Source of the DNA: the human T2T-CHM13v2.0 reference genome, Homo sapiens | Reading direction: 5' to 3' (one strand) | Assembly (NCBI RefSeq): GCF_009914755.1 | Contig: NC_060925.1 | DNA: 64,000 nt | In this document: piece after piece, positions 47,462 to 64,000 of the stretch | Position numbering within the stretch: position 1 is the stretch's first letter | Layout of the letters: every line of letters starts with the position of its first letter | Program-made: the position numbers and the translations under genes | Notes under the pieces: generated by a model | What the model saw: only the letters and a program-made list of their open reading frames with translations | Told to the model about the DNA's origin: nothing | The model's database searches: none

Positions 47462-48417
47462 TTACAAAGTGAGACCCTGTCTCAAAAATAAAAATAAAAA
47501 TAAAAAATAAATAGAATACACCACTACTAATCCTGCTCAACCAGAATTTCCACTCAACACCAATAAAAATTTGAATATCAATTCCCAACCTGAAGTCCCT
47601 TAACCCTTCCAGAAGGGAAGGGAATCAATACTTGGTAAGCATTTAATACAGATCCCTAAAAAAGCATAATAGGTGTCCTGGAAATATGCCCAACATTTCA
47701 AAAAAGCGGAATACAAATTACACATATGCTGAAGTAAAATTCCGCAGGCTATTAATAAATGCAGACTGGTAAATCTTTCAAGGTATTATTTCACCACAAT
47801 ATTCCTCTAAATGGGTCCTCCTCTGGTACTTATTCAAAAGATATATAATATGATGCTATGTACTGTAATGGATCGTGCACAAAATCCTACTGAAATACAA
47901 TGGAAGGAGGAATTAGTTCTGCCTAGAAAGACTTCACAGAGGGAATATCTCAGCAGAATCTGGAAGGATAATTCAGCTCTGTGGGCTGCAGATGCGTCTA
48001 AGTGTGTTTCTGGTTACAAAAATTCATAGAATTGAATTTGGATAAGTCTTTAAAGATCACCTAGTCCTGAGGCTTTCCACCTTTATTTTAAACTAATAAC
48101 ATCTTTTCTTCAAAAGTCTAATTGAAACTCCAGTATATAAAACAGGTAATATGGAAGAACTGCTCTTCTGAAAGGGGAGGGTTATTGAAAAACACTGCTG
48201 TTCTAACCAACCCCCTTCGTTTTTAAAATAAGCTGAGACACTAAGAGGACAATGACTTGGCAAAAGCCATATAAAGACAAAAACGCAACAATTTTCAAAG
48301 AACAACTCTTAAGCATTATCTACTCTTTGAAGTCTTTCCTTTCTCCCCCGGTGGAATTTATCAATGTATTTCATTCCTCAATATATCTAGGACATACCTC
48401 CGTTATGGCTTCTATAA

Positions 48418-48609
<192 letters not shown>

Positions 48610-49136
48610 TAGAGACAGGGGCTATGTTGCCCAGGCTGGTCTCGAAATCCTGCGCTCAAGTGATCCTCCCAACACGGCCCCCCAAGTGCTGGGATTACAG
48701 GCATAAGCCACCACAACAGTCTCTAATTTTTTTTTTTATGTGTCTGTGTCCCTCTCTACTATTGTAAGCTCCCTAAAGGCAGGTACTGGCTCAATCATTT
48801 TTGTATATTCACCCAGACTAACATGTTATTTATTACATTATATTTGACCAAGTTTCAGAAAATATTTAATCTAGCTTGGTGCCTAGCACACAGTAGGACT
48901 TAACAGGTATTTATCAAACAAATTTACCAAAAATGAGGTCAGTAAATGAAATAACACATCTAAAACAGTTACAACAGTAGCTGAAACACAGTGTAGATTC
49001 CATAAATATTAGTTATTATATAACTTTATATAGGCTGGAAAAAACCCTGAAACCATTATTGAACATTTGATCTGGAAGGCAAAAACTAAGCACCTTTTAT
49101 CAAGTTTTCAACTTGCTCATTTATACATTGCCAATA

Positions 49137-49489
49137 CAGGTTGAGTATCCTTTATCCGAAACACTCGGGACCAAAAGTATTTCAAATTTTGGATTTTTTT
49201 GGATTTTGGAATATTTGCGTATACGTAATGAGGTATCTTGGGGATGGGATGCAGTATAAATACAAAATTCATTTATGGTTCATATATACCTTATACACAT
49301 AACCTGAAGATAATTTTATACAATATTTTTAATAATTTTGTGCATGAAACAAAGTTTGTGTACATGAACCAACCATCAAAAAGCAAAGGTGCCAAGTGTG
49401 GAATTTTTCACTTGTGGTGTCATGTTGGCGCTCATAAAGTTTTGGATTTCCGAGCATTCTGGATTTTTGGATTAGGGATACTCAACCTG
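49137..49489. mobile_element. Tigger4/MER46-type MITE
   Basis: TIRs CAGGTTGAGTATCC...GGATACTCAACCTG with TA target duplication. Confidence 0.85.
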
Positions 49490-49738
49490 TACAATCACAT
49501 CTTTGATGAGAAAGAAAATTTAGCTCATTTATAAAGATCTCTTGACTCTGGCAGCCTGGAGAAAATATATCTAGACTTGAAGTGAAAGGAGAAATTAGGT
49601 TGGTCCTGAACTTGGAGCTAAGTGTCATCTGTCAAAGAGGTGTGGTGGGAAGTGGAAAAGATTATCTATAAGGTTGTTTCTTGCGCTAACGCTGTAGGGG
49701 CTTATAACAAATTTAGAACTAGAATCCTTCAGCTTTCA

Positions 49739-50143
<405 letters not shown>

Positions 50144-51157
50144 TTATTATTTAGCTGTGTGATTCAGAGCAAGAAGCAAACTCTTTGGGTCTCAATTTCC
50201 TCAACCTGTTCAACGAAGTTATTGGACAATATGAACTCTATTTAAAATACATCAAAGTCCAGGCCTGGCACAGTGGCTCACGCCTGTAATCCCAGTACTT
50301 TGGGAGGCCAAGACAGGAGGATTCCCTAAGCCCAGGAGTTTGAAATTAGCCTGGGCAACATCGCAAGACCCAGACTCTTATTAAAACACACACGCACACA
50401 CACACACGCAAGATACATCATAGTCATGATACTCCATGAAATAAGCTACCTCTGAAGGAAAATACTCAGGTGGGGACTGAATCACCAATTATTAGAAATG
50501 TTTAGAGGACTCCTGTACAAACCAAAAGTAGAGAATTTCAAGGTTAGAAGAAACCTTACAACTCACCCAACTGAGACCTAAGCCCTCTCTAATATATTCC
50601 TGGACGAGGTCGCCCAACCGTTTTGGTAATGGAGAACTACCCATGGAAACAAGTCACTTCAACTTAGGCCAAATATGATGCAAAGTTACTTTACTGAAGC
50701 CACACCATCCTCTGGTAACTTTCGTCCACTAGTTTCACCTATCACTTAAGTGTCCCTCAAATATTTTGGATAGTGATAATATGCCCCTTAAATATCCTGT
50801 CCTCCAAATTAAAGTATCCAACTCCGTCAACCTTTCCTGGTAACATAATACCAAGACTCCCTCACCATTCAGGCTGCGTTCCTCAAAGAAACCTTCATTC
50901 TTGCTTTAGCGACTGTATTCAAATGACTCGAAAAGCTTCTCCCATTCTGACGTCTTACAACCCAAGATCTCCCACTTGCCCAGCTGACACCACAGGGAAG
51001 CCTCTAATCACGCTTGCCACCTCCACCCAAGGAAGCATTTGGGGTGGAAAGTGTGCCCTGTTGCTCCATTGGGAGACATGGAGACAAGAAGTGACGGCGG
51101 CACCGACAGAGAAGCCGGCACACTGTTCGCCTCCCCATTGCAAGCCTCCTCCCTCAC

Positions 51158-51498
51158 CGGTATTGCTTGGGGTCGCTGGGAGACTTGACGATCTCAGGGT
51201 CCCCAGCATTACTGAGAGACCCCCTCCGTCCCTCTTCCTCAGATTCATCCGCTCCTAGACGGGCAACCCGGCTGTTCTCGCCCAGATCCTGTCCATTGGG
51301 CTGCAGGTCAGGGCAGCTGCAGGTAGACTTCGCCTTGTTCCTTCCAGGCATGGCCAGAATAGGAAAGGGTCTGGCAGCAGCAGAGTCTTCGCACCGACCC
51401 CGCGTTTCGATTCCCCAGAGCGCCGCGAGCTCCCGCCCGGCCTCACACAACTTCCTCCGGGTGGCACAGACTGCAGCAACAGTGACTCTCCTCAGCAT
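51158..51498 (-). CDS. NRDC: Nardilysin coding exon 1 (Met1-Arg114, MLRRVTVAAVCATRRK...SPSDPKQYR)
   Basis: ORF 51154-51498 matches the recalled nardilysin N-terminus; donor CG|GTGAG at 51157; 341 nt, phase 2, joins exon 2 in frame; lies in a CpG island. Confidence 0.97.
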
Positions 51499-51525
51499 TC
51501 ACCACCAAGCTGGAGCGATGGACAT
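51499..51525 (-). other. Upstream ORF MSIAPAWW* in the NRDC 5' leader, in frame with and abutting Met1
   Basis: ATG TCC ATC GCT CCA GCT TGG TGG TGA|ATG CTG AGG read directly; requires a TSS upstream of 51525. Confidence 0.7.
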
Positions 51526-54500
51526 CCCGCTTCCCAGGACCCACCTCCTCCGCGTTCTAGAGGCGGTGGCGGCCGGCCCTGGTGCTGCCGCAGCCGCGGG
51601 GAACAGGCCTGAACCCCTCCCCCAACCCAGTCTCCCTCTCGCCGACTTCCCTCGTCCCTCCGCCCTCCCGGCCGCCGATGACGCTACTGATTTCAGCCAA
51701 TCATGAGGCAAGAAAGTAGTCACGCTCACGTAAGCAACCAATCAGAACAGGAAAGGAGAGGCACCAACGTGACCCGGACTGATTCTCGGAACAGCCAGCG
51801 AACATTTCGAAACCCAAAGTGGGCGGGGCGAGGGAGAAGAAGCGGAGAGAGTGGCGCGGAGGACGACGGGAGAAGGGCCCCCGGCGCGTTTATGACGTAC
51901 GAGTGTGTTTTGTGGAAACCACTGAGTAGTGCTCCGCGTGTCAAAGAAAAATATTCCCCTAATGAGAAAACTGAGAAACGAGTGCAGAGAATTAATTCCA
52001 AAGTTTTAAATTTTCCCATTCGTGTCATAGTTTGGGTACCCTACTCCTCAGACCCGGGGCGAGCCTTCGGCTGTGACTCAGCACATAAAAAACCAGAACG
52101 CCGGAAGTATTTTCCTACACCCGCCGGATGGACGCTGCTCCCGAGCGCCGCAAATACTAATTGGCTCTTCTCTACCCTACAGTCGGCCCGACAGTGGTGG
52201 GGTTTCATCCTCAAGCCCTAAGAAAGTGCTAAAAAGACCAGTCTGGATGTGCTAACTCTTCTGTGTGAAAACGTTTTTTAGCTCCTCCAGCCTCCTGTTA
52301 AATTCGGCCAATTTTTATCGAGCAGCTGCAGCGTCTGCTGCCTTCAAGTCTCCTTTCCCAGTTTTTCCCGCTAGCAGTGGTCTTTGGTTAGCAATGTAAA
52401 ATGTGACGGAAATACAAACATAAATGAAAGCTAAAAAGCAGCTGAAATTAGTAAGATGCACTATACTGACACCATGGGGTAAGAGATCATAGCTCATACA
52501 TACGAATGAGCGGGGAAAGACGTGAAGCAGGGAGATGTGTTGATAGTTACTGTATCTTCAAGGTTTTCGAGGCCTCTTCTGAGTTCCAAATGCAAGGAAT
52601 ACAACCATGAACAAAACAAAACTTGCCTTAGGCTGGGCGTGATAGTGATAGCTCACACCTATAATCCTAGTACTTTGGGAGGCCGAAGCGGGAGGATTGC
52701 TTGAGCCTGGGAATTTGGTACCAGCCTGGACAACATGGTGAGACCCCCGTCTGTACAAAATTCTTTTTTAAAATTAGCCAGGCTTGGTGATGCGTGCATG
52801 TGGTCCCAGCTACTCAGGAGGCTGAGGCAGGAGGAACGCTTGAGTCCAGGAGGTCGAGGCTGCAGTGAGCCGTGATTGCAACACTGCACTCCAGCCTGGT
52901 TGACACAGTGAGACCCTGTCTAAACAACGACAACAAAAATTTAAAGCCTTGCCTTGGGGGAGCTTGCATTCTAATGGGAAGGAACTGTAAAATATGTAAA
53001 CTAAAGTAAATCAGGCTTTTAAATAATTCAAGTTAGCTTTCTTCAGAAGTCTTATTGAGGACTGCCACCTGGGAGAGTCAGAGAGTTTTTTTTTTAGACT
53101 GCTCCAAAGCAGTGTTTCAGCCCGCAGCTTCTATACAGGTGGTGGCCGCTCTGCATGTGCTTGGAAGTTAAATCAAATGTGCTCAGAAAGGCTGGGCCTG
53201 TAATCCCAGTGATTAAGGAGGCTGAGGCAGAAGGATTGCTTGAGGCCAGGCATTTACAACCAGCCTGTGTAACATATCAAGACTCTGTCTCCACACACAC
53301 ATAAAAAAGCAAGGCGTGGTAGAACATCCCTGTAGTCCTAGCTACAGGAGAGGCAGAGTTAAAAGGATTGCTGGGACTCCTGAGTTTGAGGTTACAGTGA
53401 ACTATGATTGTGCCTCTGCACTCTAGCCTGGTGACAGAGCAAGACCTTGTCTCTAATAAAAAAGAAAAAATGTACTCAGGAGTTACACTAGAGCAAAATC
53501 TCATGAAGGTTTAGGTGGAAGAGTACACATGTTTATAGATTATGGAGGCATAGTCACTAATCCTGTCAGAAATGTGCAGGAAGAGGCAAGGTCGAGCATC
53601 ATTGGATTTATCTTTTCTAAAAATGCAGTGATTCAGGCAAGAGACATGGGAACTTGTGCTCTATCCTGCATATTTTCAGGGTATTCTGGAGGGCTGTGCG
53701 CAGTCACTGAGGCTGTGAAATTCTGCTGGCAAGAGAGTTTGTGAAATTCTGCTGGTAAACAGAATGAGCAGACATGGCTTCTTATGTTTGCTACTTTGTC
53801 TCACATATACAAAAAACAATAAATGCAATGAAGACAAATTGTATAGGATAGGAAGATAAGGAGTTAGGGAGGAAGGGTACAATGATTCAGGTAGAAAATG
53901 ATGGAACCTGAACTGGAGCAGTAGATGAGGTAAATTGAAAAATACTGTTTAAATATCCCAGTTTGTTTCCATACATCTTTTCAAGAACTTACCACTTTAA
54001 GCAACTCCACTAGACTTCTCTTCTTCAGAGCAGTGGGTTGTTGTTGGTTTTATTTGTTTGTTTGTTTAGAGATGAGTTCTCACTATGTCTATCCAGGCTG
54101 GTCTCAAACTCCTGGCCTTAAGCCATCCTCCCACCTCAGCCTCCCAAATCACTGGGATTACTATAGGCATAACTACTGCACCTAGCTCACAGCAGTGGTT
54201 TTTAATTAAATTTTTCTAACTAGATACAAAGGTGGGCTGGATCTAATGGCATGTGTCTGTAGTCCCAGCACTTTGGGAGACTGAGGAAGGTGGATCACTT
54301 GAACCCAGGAGTTTGAGACCAAACTGAATATAGAGAAAACCTGTCTCCACAAAAAATACAAAGAATTAGCTGGGTATAGTGGTGCATGCTTGTAGTCCCA
54401 GCTACTTGAAAGGCTGAGGTGGGAGGATCACCTGAGCCCAGGAGGTCAAGGCTGCAGCAAGCCATGATCATGCCACTGCACTCCAGCCTAGGTGATAGAG

Positions 54501-54934
54501 TGAGACCCTGTCTCCAAAAAAAAAAGAGACAAAGATTGCATCCTGAAGTGTGAGCTGCTTTAAAAAGAGGTCTCTGGCGGAGGTTGCAGTGAGCCAAGAT
54601 TGCACCACGGCACTCCAGCCTGGGCGACAGAGCGAGACTCTGTCTCAAAAAAAAAAGTCTCTGTGTGGTGGCAGACACCTGTAATCCCAGCTACTCAGGA
54701 GGTTGAGCCGGAGAATTGCTTGAACCCAGGAGGTGGAGGTTGCAGTGAGCCAAAATTGTGCCACTGCACTCCAGGCTGGGTGACAGAGTGAGACTCTGTC
54801 CCCACAAAATAAATAAAAATAAAAGTCTCTGAATCTTACAGGTTACCAGACTGTAGAAATATGGTAACATGCACAGGAAAAATACCTCTGATGCTGAGCC
54901 CAATACAGTTCTAACTCCATAGCACATGTGAGGC

Positions 54935-56415
<1,481 letters not shown>

Positions 56416-56944
56416 ATCACAGGAAAAATACCTCTGATGCTGAGCCCAATACAATTCTGACCCACAGCACATGTTAGAAGTGTCAGATCAGAGGCCCGGT
56501 GCAGCGGCTTATGCCTGTAATCCCAGCACTTTGGGAGGCCAAGGCAGGAGGATCAGTTGAGGCCAGGAGTTCAAGACCAGCCTGGTCAACAGGGCGAAAC
56601 CCTGTCTCTACTAAAAATACAAAAATTAGCCAGCTGTGGTGGTACACCCCTGTAATCCCAGCTACTTAGGAGGCTGAGGCAGGAGAATTGAACTCTGTCT
56701 CAAAGAAAAAGAAGTGTCAGATTAGATATATAAAATATAAGAATTGGCAAGGGATCTCTGAATTATTTTAGTCTGGTGTCTTCAGATATAAAGATAAATA
56801 CCTATTCAGGTGAAACTCAAAAATGACCAATAGGCATAGCCAGGACTTCCAAACCAGAAGTATTGTTTTCCTATTTAAAATAATTTGGAAAGTTACCATC
56901 TCTCATTTGTATTATAAAGAGTATTCCTCAGAGGAAACAGGTAA

Positions 56945-57220
<276 letters not shown>

Positions 57221-57470
57221 TGATTTGCCCGCCTCGGCCTCCCAAAATCCTGGGATTACAGGCATGAGCCACTGTGCCCAGCGAAAGTATAACTATTATA
57301 TAGGAAACTGAGGGCCGAGGTTGCAATGAACTGAGACTGTGCTACTTCACTCCAGCCTGGGCAACAGAGTGAGACTCTGTCTCCAAAAAAAAGGAAACTG
57401 AGGCATCAGGAAGTTAAAAGGAACTTGATATCCCCAATAAAGTTAAAGAGTACAAGACTGTAATTTTTAA

Positions 57471-57806
<336 letters not shown>

Positions 57807-58001
57807 TAATTTTTTAATATTTCTTCGGTTTCAGACCCTGACAGACTTTCTGAGAGTACAGTATTTAAAGGCTTTTTTACATTTCCACTTCGTCTTCAGC
57901 CACCTTAAACTCCTTTCCATTTTTACCTCAAGGATTTCCCTCCCATCAGATTTGGTGAGCCTTGTCTCCCTATTATTCTGGTGAAAGTTTAGAAATCATG
58001 A

Positions 58002-58307
<306 letters not shown>

Positions 58308-58935
58308 TGAACTGCTGACCTCAGGTTATCCACCCGCCTCAGCCTCCCAAAGTTCTAGGGTTACAGGCGTGAGTCACCGTGCCCAGCCTCAGCCTTACTT
58401 TTAAAAATTAAAAGATAAATTATTCTTAATTATCCATCTTTATAATTGAAAGTCAGGATAAGGCAGAAATGTGGAATGTTGACTCTACATTGAGTAGATT
58501 GGAATAGTATGAGCCCATTAACATCTCAAACCCCAAATTATCTCCCCCTTGCTTTAATGTCTAAAATTCCTTCATTAGTGATTTATGTCCCTTTTTATAA
58601 CTCTTGTTAAATGCCAATAACACCCTCGAAAGGATTGAAAAACTAACCCATTTTGTGAATGGATATGTTTTATTTCCTCTAGTTCGAAGCACACTCTAGG
58701 CAACTTCAGATCACTATGAATCTGGGGTAGGTGAAGAGATTGCTAAATCTAGGGGGAAAGACACAGAAAGAAGAGGTAGGTAACAAGAGAAATATTACCC
58801 ACTTCAACATTTTGTCCAGGGCCCATGCGCTAAGAAATTATACCTTTGGAGCTCTGGTTATTAATTGTCCCACCCACTGATTGCTATCCACATTTGGCAG
58901 CTTTGTATCTAGGTCAAGAAGTAGGCATGTTCTTA

Positions 58936-59211
<276 letters not shown>

Positions 59212-59987
59212 TTAACGCAGGAAGCAAAAGTTGCAGTGAGCTGAGATTGCACCACTGCATTCCAGCCTGGGCAACACAGTGAGACTCTGTCTCAAAAAAA
59301 AAAAAAAAGTTTTCTCCTATACTATAAACATAGTTCTAGAAGAATTTGATGTTCAAAACTTCGTGATAAATTAGGAGTGACTCTAAAAAATGTGACAAAT
59401 GAAATATTATTTTATCACAAATCAAGCTAAGTTGCTCCTCATCTCTGGACTAAAGATACATATTTTTTGAAACTCTGCCTGGAAAGAAGAATGTAAAGAC
59501 ACAAAATAATATTTAAAAATCTAATTATATTATTCGCTTTTAAGAAACCCATCATGGCATTCCTTTGCTCTTTGAATAAAATCCAGCCTCTTGCTATCGC
59601 TTATATGGCTTGCTTATTAATTATTTCTGTCCTTCCTCTAAGTCTACCATCTCATCTACCATTCAGCTTTTTGCTCCAGTCACACTGGCTTTTTAATGTC
59701 CTTCAACACACTAGAGTAGTTCCTGCTTTAGGGCCATTACCTCTGCCTCTCTGCCTGGAGTGTTCTTACTCTAAATTTTGCATAGCTGAGTTCTTCACAC
59801 CAGTCATATGTCAGAAAACATGTCACTCTTAAGAGAGGCCTTTTCTTATTCTATCTAAAATAGTACTCATGGTCAGGCACGGTGGCTCACACCTATAATC
59901 CCAGCACTTCGGGAGGCCGAGGCGGGTGGGTTGCTCAAGCCAGGAGTTTGAGAACAACCTGGGCAACATGGTGAAACCCCGTCTCTA

Positions 59988-60218
<231 letters not shown>

Positions 60219-60312
60219 TTATATTATTTGTCTATTAGCTTACTGTTTAGGCCGGGCGCGGTGACTCACGCCTGTGATCCCAGCACTTTGGGAGGCGGAG
60301 GTGGGTGGATCA

Positions 60313-60746
<434 letters not shown>

Positions 60747-61118
60747 TTAGCCTTAAATTGTAGAGGAACACCATTATCATTTGGCCCAGAAGGAAAGATA
60801 CACAGATAGGTGCAAATGCAGCAAAAATTTTACATCGTTTTAGGAAGAAAGAAGCAGAAAGAAGCAGCAGGAATTTAAAAGAGTTCCCTTCTAATAGTCC
60901 CCAGCCTCCTTTTTTGTTTTGTTTTGTTTTGTTTTGAAACATGATAGAAAGTCAGTGTTGGGACTGAAAGGATAGGTAGTAGTATAGAATGTTCTGCTTT
61001 CATGGGAACTGGTAAATGCGATATTTGTCTTTCTTTTTTTTTTTTTTTTGCTTGTTTAAATTTCACATGTCTTGAAGCCAAGCCCAGCTGGTAGTTTCTG
61101 TTTCTTGAGTAACTGTAA

Positions 61119-61388
<270 letters not shown>

Positions 61389-62149
61389 TGATCTGCCCGC
61401 CTCAGCCTCCCGAAGTGCTGGGATTACAGGCATGAGCCACCACACCTGGCCTCTAAGACTGTTACTTTCATTAACTCACTTAATCCTCACAGCAACCTAA
61501 ATATGTTATTCACCAGTTTATAGATGAAGAAACTGAGGTCGAGAGAAGTTAGATAACTTGCACAAAATCAACAATAGGAAAGTTGGACTACTGAAATTGC
61601 AAACCATGAGTGTCTGATTCCAAAGATTATATTTTTTCATCTCTTACATGTTGCCTGTCACATACCTAGAATAAATAGACTTATGATGTGTTAATTTGAT
61701 CATTGATATTCCCTGCTGTAGTTAACCCCAAGTCTAAGCTTTACTTTATTTAATTTTATTTTATAGAGACAGGTTTTCACATGTTGCCCAGGCTGGTCTT
61801 GCACTCCTGGGATCAAGCAATCTGCCCACCTTGGTCTCCCAAAGTGCTGGGATTATAGGGTGTGAGCTACTGTGCCCAGCCAACCCCCCAGTCTAAGCTT
61901 TAAATGTAATATGCACAGTAACAAATGTTATAACATGTACACGAAAATGACAGTTGATAACTCTCATTAAGAAAGCATCTGGCTTTCCAACAGCCTGCCT
62001 ACCTTCTAAATAATTGTGTCTAAAAATCATTTACTTAGGTAGAGCTAAGCAAGCCTGGCACCTGTGTCCAGCATGTGTGGTAACAGCATGATGATATTTG
62101 TTAGAGCATGCACGGTTAAAGAGGGTGACCACATAGGCTGATAGTGCAA

Positions 62150-63910
<1,761 letters not shown>

Positions 63911-64000
63911 CAGAAGGGAGACAAAAAGGGTACCATTTGAAACACTGGAACTATCAGTGTCTTAAATGAACAATGTAAATTCCTGAAATTGGGGGCAGAA

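Larger units (their letters stand above)
51090..52200. promoter_or_regulatory. CpG-island promoter of NRDC
   Basis: High GC and CpG content around exon 1; CCAAT boxes near 51697, 51738 and (reverse) 52160; GC box GGGCGGGGC near 51821; ETS CCGGAAGT at 52101; TGACTCA at 52074; CRE-like TGACG near 51678 and 51893. Confidence 0.88.

Noticed and set aside
50773-52221. Three consecutive plus-strand ORFs (161, 179 and 172 aa) over the CpG island
   Set aside because: Non-ATG starts, GC-rich antisense shadow of exon 1 and the promoter, no recognisable homology

Overview
Alu-dense primate (human-like) genomic DNA, not prokaryotic. The window holds the 5' part of the nardilysin gene NRDC (NRD1, M16 inverzincin metalloprotease) on the minus strand. 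A CpG-island promoter and exon 1 lie at about 51.2-52.2 kb, followed by a 38-kb intron 1. Exons 2-7 run from 12890 down to 171 and include the acidic stretch, the two cassette exons of the 68-aa insert and the HFLEH zinc motif; all splice phases were checked by hand and join in frame. The MIR761 hairpin straddles the exon 4 donor. Intron 1 carries a sense LTR12 solo LTR, a two-LTR ERV1 provirus with a decayed env, MER21A/MER57/MER34/MLT1 LTRs, a TSEN15 processed pseudogene, Y3 and U6 retrocopies, DNA transposons, and L1/L2/MIR pieces. I found no convincing new multi-gene system. The best leads are regulatory: an in-frame uORF whose stop abuts Met1, the splice-site-overlapping hairpin, the LTR12 alternative promoter and a candidate unannotated exon. 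Gene and repeat names come from recalled sequences, not database searches; repeat boundaries are approximate unless TSDs or TIRs are given.
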